DNA of 64,000 bases from an uncultured virus (IMG/VR IMGVR_UViG_3300033074_001537) (Duplodnaviria; Heunggongvirae; Uroviricota; Caudoviricetes), in the IMG/VR virus record IMGVR_UViG_3300033074_001537; one strand, given 5' to 3'. The position numbers were made by a program, and so were the translations under genes. Of this stretch, positions 35,649 through 45,067 are shown piece by piece. How positions within the stretch are numbered: position 1 is the stretch's first letter; the number at the start of each line of letters is the position of its first letter. Below the pieces are notes generated by a model. The model was given only the letters and a program-made list of their open reading frames with translations, was not told the origin of the DNA and did no database searches.

Positions 35649-38314
35649 AGCATCTCCCACTCTACCCAAACGGTACGCCCTCCCCAACGGACAACCGGGT
35701 GCCTGCACCGAGCTCGGGGCTCGGATGTACCGCGTGCGAGCTCTCGTCGGGGGCCAAGTACGCACCTCTGGCCAACTACGTTCTCGGTCGGCGCATGAGC
35801 GGCGGAGCCGAGAAGGGCGCACCTTCCGTAGCTGTGGTGTTCGAGGCGCCGACTCGCGGTGAGGACGCAGGCGGTGACCCGTTTAGTAGCGCCACCTACC
35901 GTACGCTGGTGGAGATCATCCGTGCGTCGAGCACTCACCGTGTCGTGCCGATGTACGCCGTGCACTGCGCCCCTGGTAACGCCGAGGTAACTGCGGAGCA
36001 CGTCACAGCTTGCCGAGGGCATCTTCACGAGACGATCGCCCAGGGTGCCGCCGCCGTGCATCTCATCATCGCGGTTGGCCCTCTGGCGCACATCGCGGTG
36101 CTCGGTCGGAAAGTCGCGGCAGACCTCGTGCCCAACACGGTGAGCGTGATCGACGCGTTTTGGGCCAAGCGCGTTCCCGTCATCTGCCTGCCCGCGGCGA
36201 GCGTGCTGCGCAAAGACCCGGCGCGGACGCGGTGGCGCATCGCGGACGCGATCGAAACGGCACAGAACGTGGCTAGGTCAATCCATCACGGCCGGCTCGC
36301 GACAACCTTCGTCCAGTCGTACGAAGACCATCTGCGCGTGCTCGGAGTTCTTAAAAAGGCAGACGCACTTGTGTTCGACACGGAGACGGTCGGCCGGCTG
36401 CATACTCCGACGTTCTACGTCGAGGAGCTGTCGTTCGCTGTGAACGACAGTAACGCGGTCACCTACGGCCGCGATGTGCTGGGCGATCGACGCGTTCGTA
36501 GTGACTTGAAGGCGCTGTTGGAGAACCACGCCGTCTGCAAAGTCGGCCACAACATCAAGTACGACCTACTCGCGCTGCGGACGTGGCTCAACGTGCACTG
36601 CTTCGGGCACCCGCTTCGCGACACGCGCCTCGACCACAAGCTGCTGCACGCAGACTCGGTGGGTGACCTCGCGACCTGCGCAGAGATGGTCGGCTTCGGC
36701 GGCCACAAGGAAGAGGCGCGGGCGGCGATCGACGTGGTCAAGCACGACCTGAACGCGCTCGCTTCGGCGCCGAAGCGAGCTCTGACCAAGAGCGGCAAGC
36801 CGCGGAAGCCGCCAACGCTCAAGTACCTCGACGAGTCCGAGGTGGACCCCGAGCATCTCGAAGACATCCAGCAGGGCGCCGACACCGAAGCGTACGCGCA
36901 GGCGTACATTCCGTGGCGTATCCGTGCGCGATACAACGCGCTCGACGCGATGAGCACCTACTGGCTCGACAAGCTCAACGCAGACCGCTTCGACATGTCC
37001 AACCGCGAGTTGTCGGAGGGGCGTATGGCGGTCGCGAACGAGATCGTGCGGCCTGCTATCTCCGCGCTGGTCGAGATGGAGGCGACGGGTATCCGTGTGG
37101 ACACCGCGGCGCTAGACATCTTCACACAGTTCTTGAAGTCCGAAATCGCCGTAGTGCAGTCTCGGCTCAACCACTACCCCGGCGTGAACTTCGCGAGTCC
37201 GAAGCAGCTCGCGGAGCTCCTCTACGACAAGCTCGGGCTGCCTGTGCTCGCAGAAACACCCTCGGGGGGCCGCGCGACCGGCGAAGAGGTGTTGCTCGAA
37301 CTCGCGGAGAAGACCAAGCACCCGCTTCCAAAAGACGTGCTCGCTTTCCGCGAGCTCGAAAAGCTGCTCGGCACCTACGCCGAGGGCATGAAGAAGCACA
37401 TCCGTGTGGGGCCCAACGGGCCGCGCATCCATCCGAGCACGCTGCTCGACGGGGCTGGTACCGGCAGGTTGTCCAGCCAGAACCCCAACATGCAGAACGT
37501 GCCGAGCCCCGACCGAGATACGCCTGGGCGGCCGGCGTTCGGCAAGATGGCTCGTGACATCTTCGTCGCAGACCCAGGCTGCGTACTCCTCGAAGTGGAC
37601 ATGAGCCAGCAAGAGCTGCGCATCGCTGGGATGCTCTCGGGCGACCCGGTGATCCTCGAATGTTATAAGAACAACGAGGATATTCACCGCGGCACGGCGG
37701 CGATTGTGTACGGCGTCCCGCTGGCCGCAGTAACGAAGGAGCAGCGGGCACGCTCGAAGACCGTGACCTTCGGGCTGGTGTACGGCAAGACCGACCGCGG
37801 GCTCGCCAAGCAGCTCAACATCACCGTGGCGGAAGCCGTGCGCATTCGCAAAGCGGTGCTCGGGCGGTTCAAGAAACTCGCAGAGTTCTGCGAGCGGTGT
37901 CTGGCGTCGGCCCGCAGGGACGGTGGCGCGTATACATGGTGGAACGGTCACGAGCGGGCGCGGTGGCGCCCGCTGCCTGCGATCAACGACATGACCGACG
38001 AAGGCTTCGGCGCGCGCATCAACGCGGAGAACGCCGCGGTGAACACCCCGGTCCAGGGGCTCGCTGCGGACATCGTCACCGCCAGCTTGTTTCCGATCGT
38101 TGCCCGCTTCCGCAAGGACAACCTCGACGCGCAGCTGGTGAACACCGTGCATGACTCGGTGATGATCAACGTGCGCGAAGACCAGCTACCGCTCGCCGCC
38201 AAGATCATGCGCGAAGTGATGCTCGGGCACAACACGAACGGGTTTCCGCTGGGCGTTGACATGAAGGTGGGCAAGAGCTGGGGCAGCATGACCGAGTACC
38301 ACCTACCGGGGTGA
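35645..38314 (+). CDS. Family A DNA polymerase with an N-terminal UDG-like domain and 3'-5' exonuclease
   Basis: CTAC...EAP..ED..GDPF...HCAP (UDG-like); FDTET, HNIKYD, YNALD (exonuclease); TGRLSSQNPN, DMSQQELR, KTVTFGLVYG, VHDS (polymerase). Confidence 0.95.
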   Translation: MKHLPLYPNGTPSPTDNRVPAPSSGLGCTACELSSGAKYAPLANYVLGRRMSGGAEKGAPSVAVVFEAPTRGEDAGGDPFSSATYRTLVEIIRASSTHRVVPMYAVHCAPGNAEVTAEHVTACRGHLHETIAQGAAAVHLIIAVGPLAHIAVLGRKVAADLVPNTVSVIDAFWAKRVPVICLPAASVLRKDPARTRWRIADAIETAQNVARSIHHGRLATTFVQSYEDHLRVLGVLKKADALVFDTETVGRLHTPTFYVEELSFAVNDSNAVTYGRDVLGDRRVRSDLKALLENHAVCKVGHNIKYDLLALRTWLNVHCFGHPLRDTRLDHKLLHADSVGDLATCAEMVGFGGHKEEARAAIDVVKHDLNALASAPKRALTKSGKPRKPPTLKYLDESEVDPEHLEDIQQGADTEAYAQAYIPWRIRARYNALDAMSTYWLDKLNADRFDMSNRELSEGRMAVANEIVRPAISALVEMEATGIRVDTAALDIFTQFLKSEIAVVQSRLNHYPGVNFASPKQLAELLYDKLGLPVLAETPSGGRATGEEVLLELAEKTKHPLPKDVLAFRELEKLLGTYAEGMKKHIRVGPNGPRIHPSTLLDGAGTGRLSSQNPNMQNVPSPDRDTPGRPAFGKMARDIFVADPGCVLLEVDMSQQELRIAGMLSGDPVILECYKNNEDIHRGTAAIVYGVPLAAVTKEQRARSKTVTFGLVYGKTDRGLAKQLNITVAEAVRIRKAVLGRFKKLAEFCERCLASARRDGGAYTWWNGHERARWRPLPAINDMTDEGFGARINAENAAVNTPVQGLAADIVTASLFPIVARFRKDNLDAQLVNTVHDSVMINVREDQLPLAAKIMREVMLGHNTNGFPLGVDMKVGKSWGSMTEYHLPG

Positions 38315-38351
38315 AACCTTTTCAACGCGCCGCACAAGACACGAGACGCCT

Positions 38352-38798
38352 GTGAAGAAACCGCAGCACAGCATCAACCCCGACCAGATCGACCTGGAGT
38401 TCATGCGGCTCCCCGGCGACTTGGCCTACTTCGGGCAAATCTTCGCAGAGGCGTGCGAAGCGCTCAACGAGCTGGAGCTGAAACTGGAGGTGTACGAGGC
38501 TCGTACGAGCCTGACCATTCGTGAAGCAAGAAGCATGATGGGTGAACGTGTGACGAACGACACGGTTGCCGCTAGAATGCGTGGCAGCGCGGAGTGGCAA
38601 GCTCTGCGCGAAAAGGTCATCGAAGCGGAGGCCGACAAGCTCCGCGCAAAGATTGACCTCGACGCGGTCATCGCGAAGAAAGACATGCTCATCAGCCTGG
38701 GCGCGTACATGCGGGCCCAGGCAAACGGCGACCCGGCCATTCGGCTGCCGAGCGGCAAGCCGAGGCAGACTGACAAACACAACTGGAGTGGTGAGTGA
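38352..38798 (+). CDS. Putative UvsY-like recombination mediator
   Basis: All-helical 148 aa, KKDMLISLG; located between the polymerase and SSB. Confidence 0.5.
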   Translation: MKKPQHSINPDQIDLEFMRLPGDLAYFGQIFAEACEALNELELKLEVYEARTSLTIREARSMMGERVTNDTVAARMRGSAEWQALREKVIEAEADKLRAKIDLDAVIAKKDMLISLGAYMRAQANGDPAIRLPSGKPRQTDKHNWSGE

Positions 38799-39556
38799 AC
38801 ATGACGAACGCACTGGACGGGCTTTTCTCGGACTACGACGACACGAGCGCTGCCAAGGACGTAGAGTTGGCGAAGAAGCCCTCGCAGTTCATCAGCAAGC
38901 TGCCGGTGGGCAAGACCGTGATGCGGTTCCTCCCGCCCGCGCCTGGGAAGAAGAGCCCGTTTCGGGTCTACTACCAGCACTTCGTGAAGGGCATCCCCGG
39001 CGTCGCGGACTGCGTGTTCGTGTGCCCGCGCATGGAGATGAAGCGGCCCTGCCCGCTCTGCACGATCAAGGCACGGTGGGAGGCGAGCGACGACTCGACC
39101 AAGATCAACGCGGCGAAGGACTTGGAGCCGCGCTCCACCACGTCGGCTCTCGTGATCGTGCGCGGCGAAGAGGAGCAGGGCGTGCGGGTGTTCCGCATGA
39201 GCTACTCCGTGCACCAATCCCTGCTGGAGATTCGCAACGAGCTGGACATGAATTTCAGCCACCCGATCGACGGGTGCGACATCGTCATCTCGCGCAAGGG
39301 CACGGGGCCCACCGACACCCGCTACCGCGTGATCCCCGACCCGAAGGGCAAGTCGCCGCTCGCGTCGAGCGAAGCCGAGATGGCTGAGCTGCTGGGTTCG
39401 ATGCCCAACCTCGACAGCTTCGTCAAGGTTCACGACGCGCCCACCATCGAGGGGATGCTCCGCGGTGAGAAGCCGCAGAACCGCCAGCTCGGCGGCGGGG
39501 GTGGCGCGCAGCAGCTCCCCGGCAAGCGCGCCTCGTCGTACTTGAACGACGAGTGA
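38795..39556 (+). CDS. ssDNA-binding protein (gp32-like)
   Basis: MRFLPP, CP...CPLC, HPIDGCDIVISRKG.G..T.Y; short acidic end. Confidence 0.8.
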   Translation: MNMTNALDGLFSDYDDTSAAKDVELAKKPSQFISKLPVGKTVMRFLPPAPGKKSPFRVYYQHFVKGIPGVADCVFVCPRMEMKRPCPLCTIKARWEASDDSTKINAAKDLEPRSTTSALVIVRGEEEQGVRVFRMSYSVHQSLLEIRNELDMNFSHPIDGCDIVISRKGTGPTDTRYRVIPDPKGKSPLASSEAEMAELLGSMPNLDSFVKVHDAPTIEGMLRGEKPQNRQLGGGGGAQQLPGKRASSYLNDE

Positions 39557-39601
39557 CCCATCAGACACGGCCGCAGGCGGCCGTGTCTCCCGTAACGGCG
39601 T

Positions 39602-39669
39602 GCGGTCACCTGTACGCGCTTCCGCAAGCAGCGTGTACGGTGCGGGTTCGACTCCCGCGGCCGGTCCCA
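39602..39669 (+). ncRNA. tRNA-like fragment (T-arm plus CCA), not a canonical tRNA
   Basis: GCGGG-TTCGACT-CCCGC followed by GGCCGGT-C-CCA; no D-arm or anticodon arm resolved. Confidence 0.35.
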
Positions 39670-39708
39670 CAGGGCGCCGCAAGGCGCTCTCTTCGTTTAG
39701 AGGTACCC

Positions 39709-40692
39709 ATGTCGGACGCAAACGCGCGCCTGCTGAAAGTGCAGAAAGCGCTCGCCAAGAAATTCGGTCAAGAGAGCGTATCGGTGGCGTCGCAAACCAC
39801 CACGCGCTCGAAAATCACCACGGTGCTCCCCACGGGGCTGCCCGTACTGGACGAGTACGTCATCGGATGCGGTGGCCTGCCGACACGACGCATCAGCGAA
39901 ATCTACGGCGGCGAGGGCGACGGCAAGACTTCCTTCGCGTACGCGGTTGCCGCGAGCGCGCAACGGGCCGGCGCAATCGTCGGGTGGTGCGACAGCGAGC
40001 ACGCGTTCGACAGCGCCCGCGCCAAGTCGTTCGGTGTGGACGAGAGTGCCATGCTGCTCATGGACCCGTACACTTTCGAGGAAGCGATCAACCAGCAGCT
40101 CGAATTCCTGCGGGCACTCGAAGACAACGGGGCCCCCGTGCTGCTCGTGTGGGACTCGCTCTCGGGGTCGCCTACGGCGTCGGCTCTCGACGGGCAAGCG
40201 GGCGACAAGGTGGTTGCCGACCGAGCCAGAATGCTCTCCCAAGGAGTGCCGGCGGCTCTGAGCCTGTGTGTGAAAAAGAACGCACACTGGATGGTGATTA
40301 ACCAGCTGCGCGAAAAGATCGGCGTGATGTACGGCGACAACACCACCACGCCGGGTGGGCGCACGCTCAAGTATTTCGCGTCGATCCGACTGCGCCTGTA
40401 CGGCGGAAAAGCCATCAAGGCGGGCGAGTCCGACAACGCCATCGGCAAGATGGTCACCATCTCGGGCGTGAAGTCGCGATGGGCCCCCGCCTACCGCAAG
40501 ACACGCGTGCGGTGGCTGTTCAAAAAGGGCTACGACCTCGATTGGTCGTTGGTCGATCACTTCAAGGCGCAAGGGCTGGTGAATGGGCGCGATAAGAACG
40601 CTCTGGAGAAGGCTCGTGGGTTTGCTGACCAAGAACGATGGGAAGGCGACGATGATGCTCAGAGCGCAGGTTCAGACGACGACGAAGACTGA
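39709..40692 (+). CDS. recA: RecA/UvsX recombinase
   Basis: EIYGGEGDGKT, DSEHAFD, WDS, INQLREKIGVMYG, TTPGG.TLKYFASIR. Confidence 0.95.
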   Translation: MSDANARLLKVQKALAKKFGQESVSVASQTTTRSKITTVLPTGLPVLDEYVIGCGGLPTRRISEIYGGEGDGKTSFAYAVAASAQRAGAIVGWCDSEHAFDSARAKSFGVDESAMLLMDPYTFEEAINQQLEFLRALEDNGAPVLLVWDSLSGSPTASALDGQAGDKVVADRARMLSQGVPAALSLCVKKNAHWMVINQLREKIGVMYGDNTTTPGGRTLKYFASIRLRLYGGKAIKAGESDNAIGKMVTISGVKSRWAPAYRKTRVRWLFKKGYDLDWSLVDHFKAQGLVNGRDKNALEKARGFADQERWEGDDDAQSAGSDDDED

Positions 40693-40843
40693 CCAACACC
40701 GACACTACGCGCTGCTCAAGACGCGCGACGGCAACCTGCTGATCTACAGCGGGTGCACCGACACCATGACGTACGAGCTGCTCGGAGCCACGCCCATGCC
40801 GGCGAAGTGCGTGCTCTTGCCCCCGGTGGAGACGCTCCAGTGA
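40652..40843 (+). CDS. Small hypothetical protein
   Basis: Bridges recA and the SbcD-like gene; start uncertain. Confidence 0.4.
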   Translation: MMLRAQVQTTTKTDQHRHYALLKTRDGNLLIYSGCTDTMTYELLGATPMPAKCVLLPPVETLQ

Positions 40844-41997
40844 GAACCGCCTTCATCGCAGACGTTCACATCGGCAACCACAGCGCACCGCAGCCTCCGC
40901 ACAGTCTCGTCGCCCACACCAAGTCGCCGCTGTTGAACATGCGAGCGCAAGAGGTGCTGGGTGTGCTGAGCGCCGCGGTCGGGGTCGCGCAATACCACAA
41001 AGCCACTGAGCTCGTCGTGTGCGGTGACCTGTTCGACGTGCCGTCGCCCTCGGCACCGTTTTACATGGCTGCACGCGCAGCATTCAGCACGTTCATGGGC
41101 GACGTGGTCTTGTTGGCGGGCAACCACGAGATCGCGTCGTCGCAAGCAACCGACAGCCCGGCGGCAGTGCTCGCGAAGATGCTGCCTCGGTGTCGGTACG
41201 CCCCGCCTGGGCAGACGGTAGACACCCCGCGAGGTGTGCGGTGCCTCGGGTTCCCCGCGTTGGCAACGCAGAGCGAAACCCTCGCCGCCGTGAAGGGCGC
41301 CGCGGCGGCCCGCGGGAACGTGTACATCCTGGCTACGCACTTGGGAGTCATCACCGACGGCACACCGCCGTGGAGCCGTGACTCTGCGGAGGCGCTCTCC
41401 GCGAGTGCGTTCCGCGAAGTGCTCAAGGGGTGGGGCGGCGTCGTGTTGGGAAACTGGCACGACGCCGAGAGCATCGAAGGCTCGCCGTGGGTCGAGCAGG
41501 TTGGCGCGCTGTGTCCAACGGGGTTCGACAACGCCAACGACCTGCTGAACTACGGCCAGTTGCTCGTCGTTGACCACGAAGAGGGTACGCGGTCGCGGCA
41601 CTTCGTACCCGCGCCGCGGTTCGTCCGCGTGGACGTACCGAGCGGCGCACCTGTGCCCGACTTCGCGGCGGCGCTCGTCGGCGTACTCGCGCAGAAAGCC
41701 GGCCGGTACAACCTCGTGACCAACCTGTACGTCAGGCTGCGGTGTGTCGCTGGCGACCAGCGCCGCGTACGGGACGAAGCAGAGAAGTACCGGCCGGCGC
41801 TCGAAGCACTCACCCGCGGTGTGGTGCTCGTCGTGGACCCAACCATGCCGAAAGACGTGAGCGTCAAGTCGGTGTCGGTCACGCAAGCGGAAGAAGACGA
41901 CCACCTGTTTGACTACGTCGTGCAGGCCGACATCCCGACGAACGTGCCGCGCAAGCGCTTGATGAAAACCTTGAAAGAGTTGGTGAAGCGTGAGTAA
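40840..41997 (+). CDS. sbcD: SbcD/Mre11-like metallophosphoesterase nuclease
   Basis: ADVH, GDLFD, GNHE, THLG, GNWH. Confidence 0.88.
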   Translation: MRTAFIADVHIGNHSAPQPPHSLVAHTKSPLLNMRAQEVLGVLSAAVGVAQYHKATELVVCGDLFDVPSPSAPFYMAARAAFSTFMGDVVLLAGNHEIASSQATDSPAAVLAKMLPRCRYAPPGQTVDTPRGVRCLGFPALATQSETLAAVKGAAAARGNVYILATHLGVITDGTPPWSRDSAEALSASAFREVLKGWGGVVLGNWHDAESIEGSPWVEQVGALCPTGFDNANDLLNYGQLLVVDHEEGTRSRHFVPAPRFVRVDVPSGAPVPDFAAALVGVLAQKAGRYNLVTNLYVRLRCVAGDQRRVRDEAEKYRPALEALTRGVVLVVDPTMPKDVSVKSVSVTQAEEDDHLFDYVVQADIPTNVPRKRLMKTLKELVKRE

Positions 41998-42388
41998 CGA
42001 TCAACGCTTCGCGCAGATGCGTGAAGCACTCGAAAAGCTGGCAGCGCACGACGCCAAATTGGCGAAGCCCGCAGCGACGTTCAAGCCACAGCGCAGGTCG
42101 GTGTTCACGCCGGGGTCGAACACTCCGACGGACCCGGCGTGGGCTGAGATGAACACAACCGAGGAGATGATCGACTTCATGTTCGGGGCAGCCACCGCCA
42201 ACCTCGCGGCGCTCTCCGGATGGGAGGTGACCTTCGTTGACTCAGCCAAGAACCAGCACAACCGCAAGATGGCGGCAGGGTTCAAGGCCACCAACACCCT
42301 GAGCGGGCGCCAGCTCGTCGTGCTGTACCGCATCGTGCAAAAGCTGGCGTCCACAACCGTGAAGGCGATGACCAATGAAGATCAGTGA
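41990..42388 (+). CDS. Hypothetical protein (C-terminal motif family)
   Basis: Lies between sbcD and sbcC; ends LASTTVKAMTNEDQ. Confidence 0.7.
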   Translation: MSNDQRFAQMREALEKLAAHDAKLAKPAATFKPQRRSVFTPGSNTPTDPAWAEMNTTEEMIDFMFGAATANLAALSGWEVTFVDSAKNQHNRKMAAGFKATNTLSGRQLVVLYRIVQKLASTTVKAMTNEDQ

Positions 42389-44000
42389 CCTGAGCATCGA
42401 AGGGTTCTGCGGCATCGGCTCGCGCGCCAACGTGGCGTTCCCACAAACGGGCCTCGTGCTCGTGACGGGCCGCAACGGGTACGGCAAGAGTACGTTGATC
42501 GAAGCCGTCTCCCACGCCGTGTGGGGCGAGGGTGTGTTTCGCACCGGGTCGCTGTGGGCGGACAAGGGCACCATCGAGCTGCACACACACGACGGCTCGA
42601 TGGTGCACAGACAACGCGCGGGCTCGCGTACGTCGGGGCAGTTGTACCGGCACGGCAGTACGTCGCTGTTCGACACCGCTACGAAGATGAACGAGGCGGC
42701 AGCGGCGGCGTTCGGGTCGCACGACGCGTGGCGCACGACGCACATCATCGAGCCCAGCGACGCGGCGATGTTCACGCGCGCGAGCGACACGGTGCGAAAG
42801 CACGTCTTGGAGGGGCTTCTCGGGCTGAGCGTCTACGACGACGCCCTGGTGAAGTCCCGCACGTTCCGCAAGGCAGCAGACCGGGTACGCGAAGACACGG
42901 CGAACAAGATCGCCGAGATTCGCGGTCGCCTGGAGACGCTCAACAACGTGTACAGCGCGTCCAAGTCGGCCCGCTCGAAAGAGGAGCTCACCGCGATCAT
43001 CGACGACGCCACCGCGCGCATAGACGCCCTGCAACAGCGCATCACGGAGTGCGACGACAAGGTGGGCGATCTGCGGTCGTCGGCCCAAAACCTACGCAGC
43101 TCCGAAGCGGTGCTGGTTGCGAAGCTGCACAACATCCACCGCGTATCCGTGCACGACGACCGGGTGTGTCCCCTGTGCGGCAGCACCGTCGGTGACGACG
43201 TGGCCAAGGGGATCAATGATGCCGCGACTGCCGAAGAACACGAAGTGAAAGCCCAACTTGCGGAGCTGCGAGAGAAAGCCCACCTGTGCGAAGCCGAGTT
43301 GAGCACGCAGTTGCTCGTGCAGGGCGACACGCGCCGGGATCAGGCGGCCCAGCAAGGCCGGCAAGACGCGGCGCGCCGCGAGCTCGACATCGTTCAGAAG
43401 GCCGAGGGCATTCGCGAGCGCATGGAGGCCGAGCAGGCACAGCTCGACGTGCTGAACGACAAGCTGGCGAACTCCATGACCGACGTAGACCTGTACGCGA
43501 CCGCCGAGAAGATTCTCGGGGTGCGTGGTGTGCGCGCGCACATCCTCGACAACGCGGTCAACGCGCTCGGGCACTTCGCGGCGCAATGGATGTCGCAGCT
43601 CTCCGACAACGAGATGAGCGTCTCCGTGCAGTCCTACACGGAGAACACCCGCGGCGACGCCCGCAACGCTATCTCCATCTCGCTGCTGCGCGGTGACCGC
43701 ACGACGCCGTACGCCGCCTGCTCTCGCGGTGAGCAGCGCCGCATCGACATCGCCGTGACGCTCGCGCTGGCCGACATTCAGTCGTCCGCGACGGCGCACC
43801 CGACGGGCACGCTGTTCGTAGACGAGATCATGGACGGGCTCGACGACGCCGGGGCTCTCGCAACGCTTAGCTGTCTCGCGAAGATGGCAGCCAAGCGTTG
43901 CGTAGTGGTAATTACTCACAAGGCGAGCGTGCAGCTCGCCGCGAAGGCTGCGGCGCACTTCATGTTCGTGGCGCCGGGGGTTATCGAAAGGGCGAAGTAA
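42375..44000 (+). CDS. sbcC: SbcC/Rad50-like ATPase
   Basis: GRNGYGKST, zinc hook CPLC, coiled coil, signature CSRGE, FVDE, ITH. Confidence 0.92.
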   Translation: MKISDLSIEGFCGIGSRANVAFPQTGLVLVTGRNGYGKSTLIEAVSHAVWGEGVFRTGSLWADKGTIELHTHDGSMVHRQRAGSRTSGQLYRHGSTSLFDTATKMNEAAAAAFGSHDAWRTTHIIEPSDAAMFTRASDTVRKHVLEGLLGLSVYDDALVKSRTFRKAADRVREDTANKIAEIRGRLETLNNVYSASKSARSKEELTAIIDDATARIDALQQRITECDDKVGDLRSSAQNLRSSEAVLVAKLHNIHRVSVHDDRVCPLCGSTVGDDVAKGINDAATAEEHEVKAQLAELREKAHLCEAELSTQLLVQGDTRRDQAAQQGRQDAARRELDIVQKAEGIRERMEAEQAQLDVLNDKLANSMTDVDLYATAEKILGVRGVRAHILDNAVNALGHFAAQWMSQLSDNEMSVSVQSYTENTRGDARNAISISLLRGDRTTPYAACSRGEQRRIDIAVTLALADIQSSATAHPTGTLFVDEIMDGLDDAGALATLSCLAKMAAKRCVVVITHKASVQLAAKAAAHFMFVAPGVIERAK

Positions 44001-44677
44001 TGAGCGACCGCGTGGAGTTTCAGAAGGTAGGCAACCTGACGGTCGGGCTCGTCCCGCTCAGCCGGCTGGTGCAGCGTCGGACGAACTACCGACAGATGAG
44101 CGACCGCGACTACGCGGCGCTCAAGACGGCAATCTCCACGTTCGGGTTCAGCACGGTCATCGCCGTGCGGCTCGCTGCCGACGGTGAGCACTACGAAGTC
44201 ATCGACGGTCACCACCGCTGGCGCGCGGCGAAGGAGCTGGAGATGGACAGCATCCCGGCGGCCCTGGTCAACACCGACGACGACATGGCCGACGTAGCCA
44301 TGCTCTCTTTCAACGTCTCGGGCGACGTGTTGCCCGACGTGCTGATGGAGATGCTCCGCGAGATGAGCTCGCGCGTCGCGTCCTCCGTGGTGGAGGCGCA
44401 CGCGGGGTTCAGCGATGGGTTCATCGAGGAAGCGATCCGCGCCGCCGAGGGCGCCGTGTCGGCCGTCGCCCCGCCGAAGGAACCCAAGGCACGCGCGACT
44501 CCGAAGGAGCCCACCGTCGATCGCATCGAGCCGGTGCCGACCATCACCGTGCTGCTCACGCGGCAGATGGCCCGAGCCATCGAGGCGATTCGCAAGGACC
44601 GCAGCTACGACTCGTCGATGAGCGACGCCGACGTGCTCACGGCTGTGATGCTCGATACGGCGATGGGCGATGCCTAA
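44000..44677 (+). CDS. Second ParB/Srx N-terminal domain protein
   Basis: NYRQMS...ISTFGF...EVIDGHHRWRAA. Confidence 0.85.
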   Translation: MSDRVEFQKVGNLTVGLVPLSRLVQRRTNYRQMSDRDYAALKTAISTFGFSTVIAVRLAADGEHYEVIDGHHRWRAAKELEMDSIPAALVNTDDDMADVAMLSFNVSGDVLPDVLMEMLREMSSRVASSVVEAHAGFSDGFIEEAIRAAEGAVSAVAPPKEPKARATPKEPTVDRIEPVPTITVLLTRQMARAIEAIRKDRSYDSSMSDADVLTAVMLDTAMGDA

Positions 44678-45065
44678 GAAAGCCAAGCCCTCGGCCGAGG
44701 CAACGCGCCGGGCGAAAGGGTCGCGGCGTAAGGGGCAGACCTACGAGCGTGAAAACGCCAACCGGCTCAAGTCGGTGTGGCCAGATGCCAAGCGCGGCAT
44801 CGGTCAGGCGCGGAGCGCGAAAGAGGTGGCCGACGTAGAGGGCACCCCCTACTGGATCGAAGCGAAGCATCACAAGCGCGTCAACATTCGGGCGGCCTTC
44901 AACCAGGGCACAGAGGCCACCGATGGGCGCCCGGTCGTCGTGGTGAGCCGCGACACGAACAAGCCGCCCGATCTTGTGACCATGAGCTTCGACGAGTGGC
45001 TCCGCTTGGTCGCAGAATTGGCGAAGCTGCGGAAGGTCGTCGATGACTACTTGGACAAGGTGTAG
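44670..45065 (+). CDS. Holliday junction resolvase (PD-(D/E)xK, Hjc-like)
   Basis: SRRKGQTYERE...ADV...IEAK. Confidence 0.85.
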   Translation: MPKKAKPSAEATRRAKGSRRKGQTYERENANRLKSVWPDAKRGIGQARSAKEVADVEGTPYWIEAKHHKRVNIRAAFNQGTEATDGRPVVVVSRDTNKPPDLVTMSFDEWLRLVAELAKLRKVVDDYLDKV

Positions 45066-45067
45066 CC

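Noticed and set aside
39553..39708. N-terminal extension of RecA, or a complete tRNA gene
   Set aside because: RecA homology starts at ATG 39709 after GAGG; the spacer has a T-arm but no convincing acceptor, D or anticodon arms.
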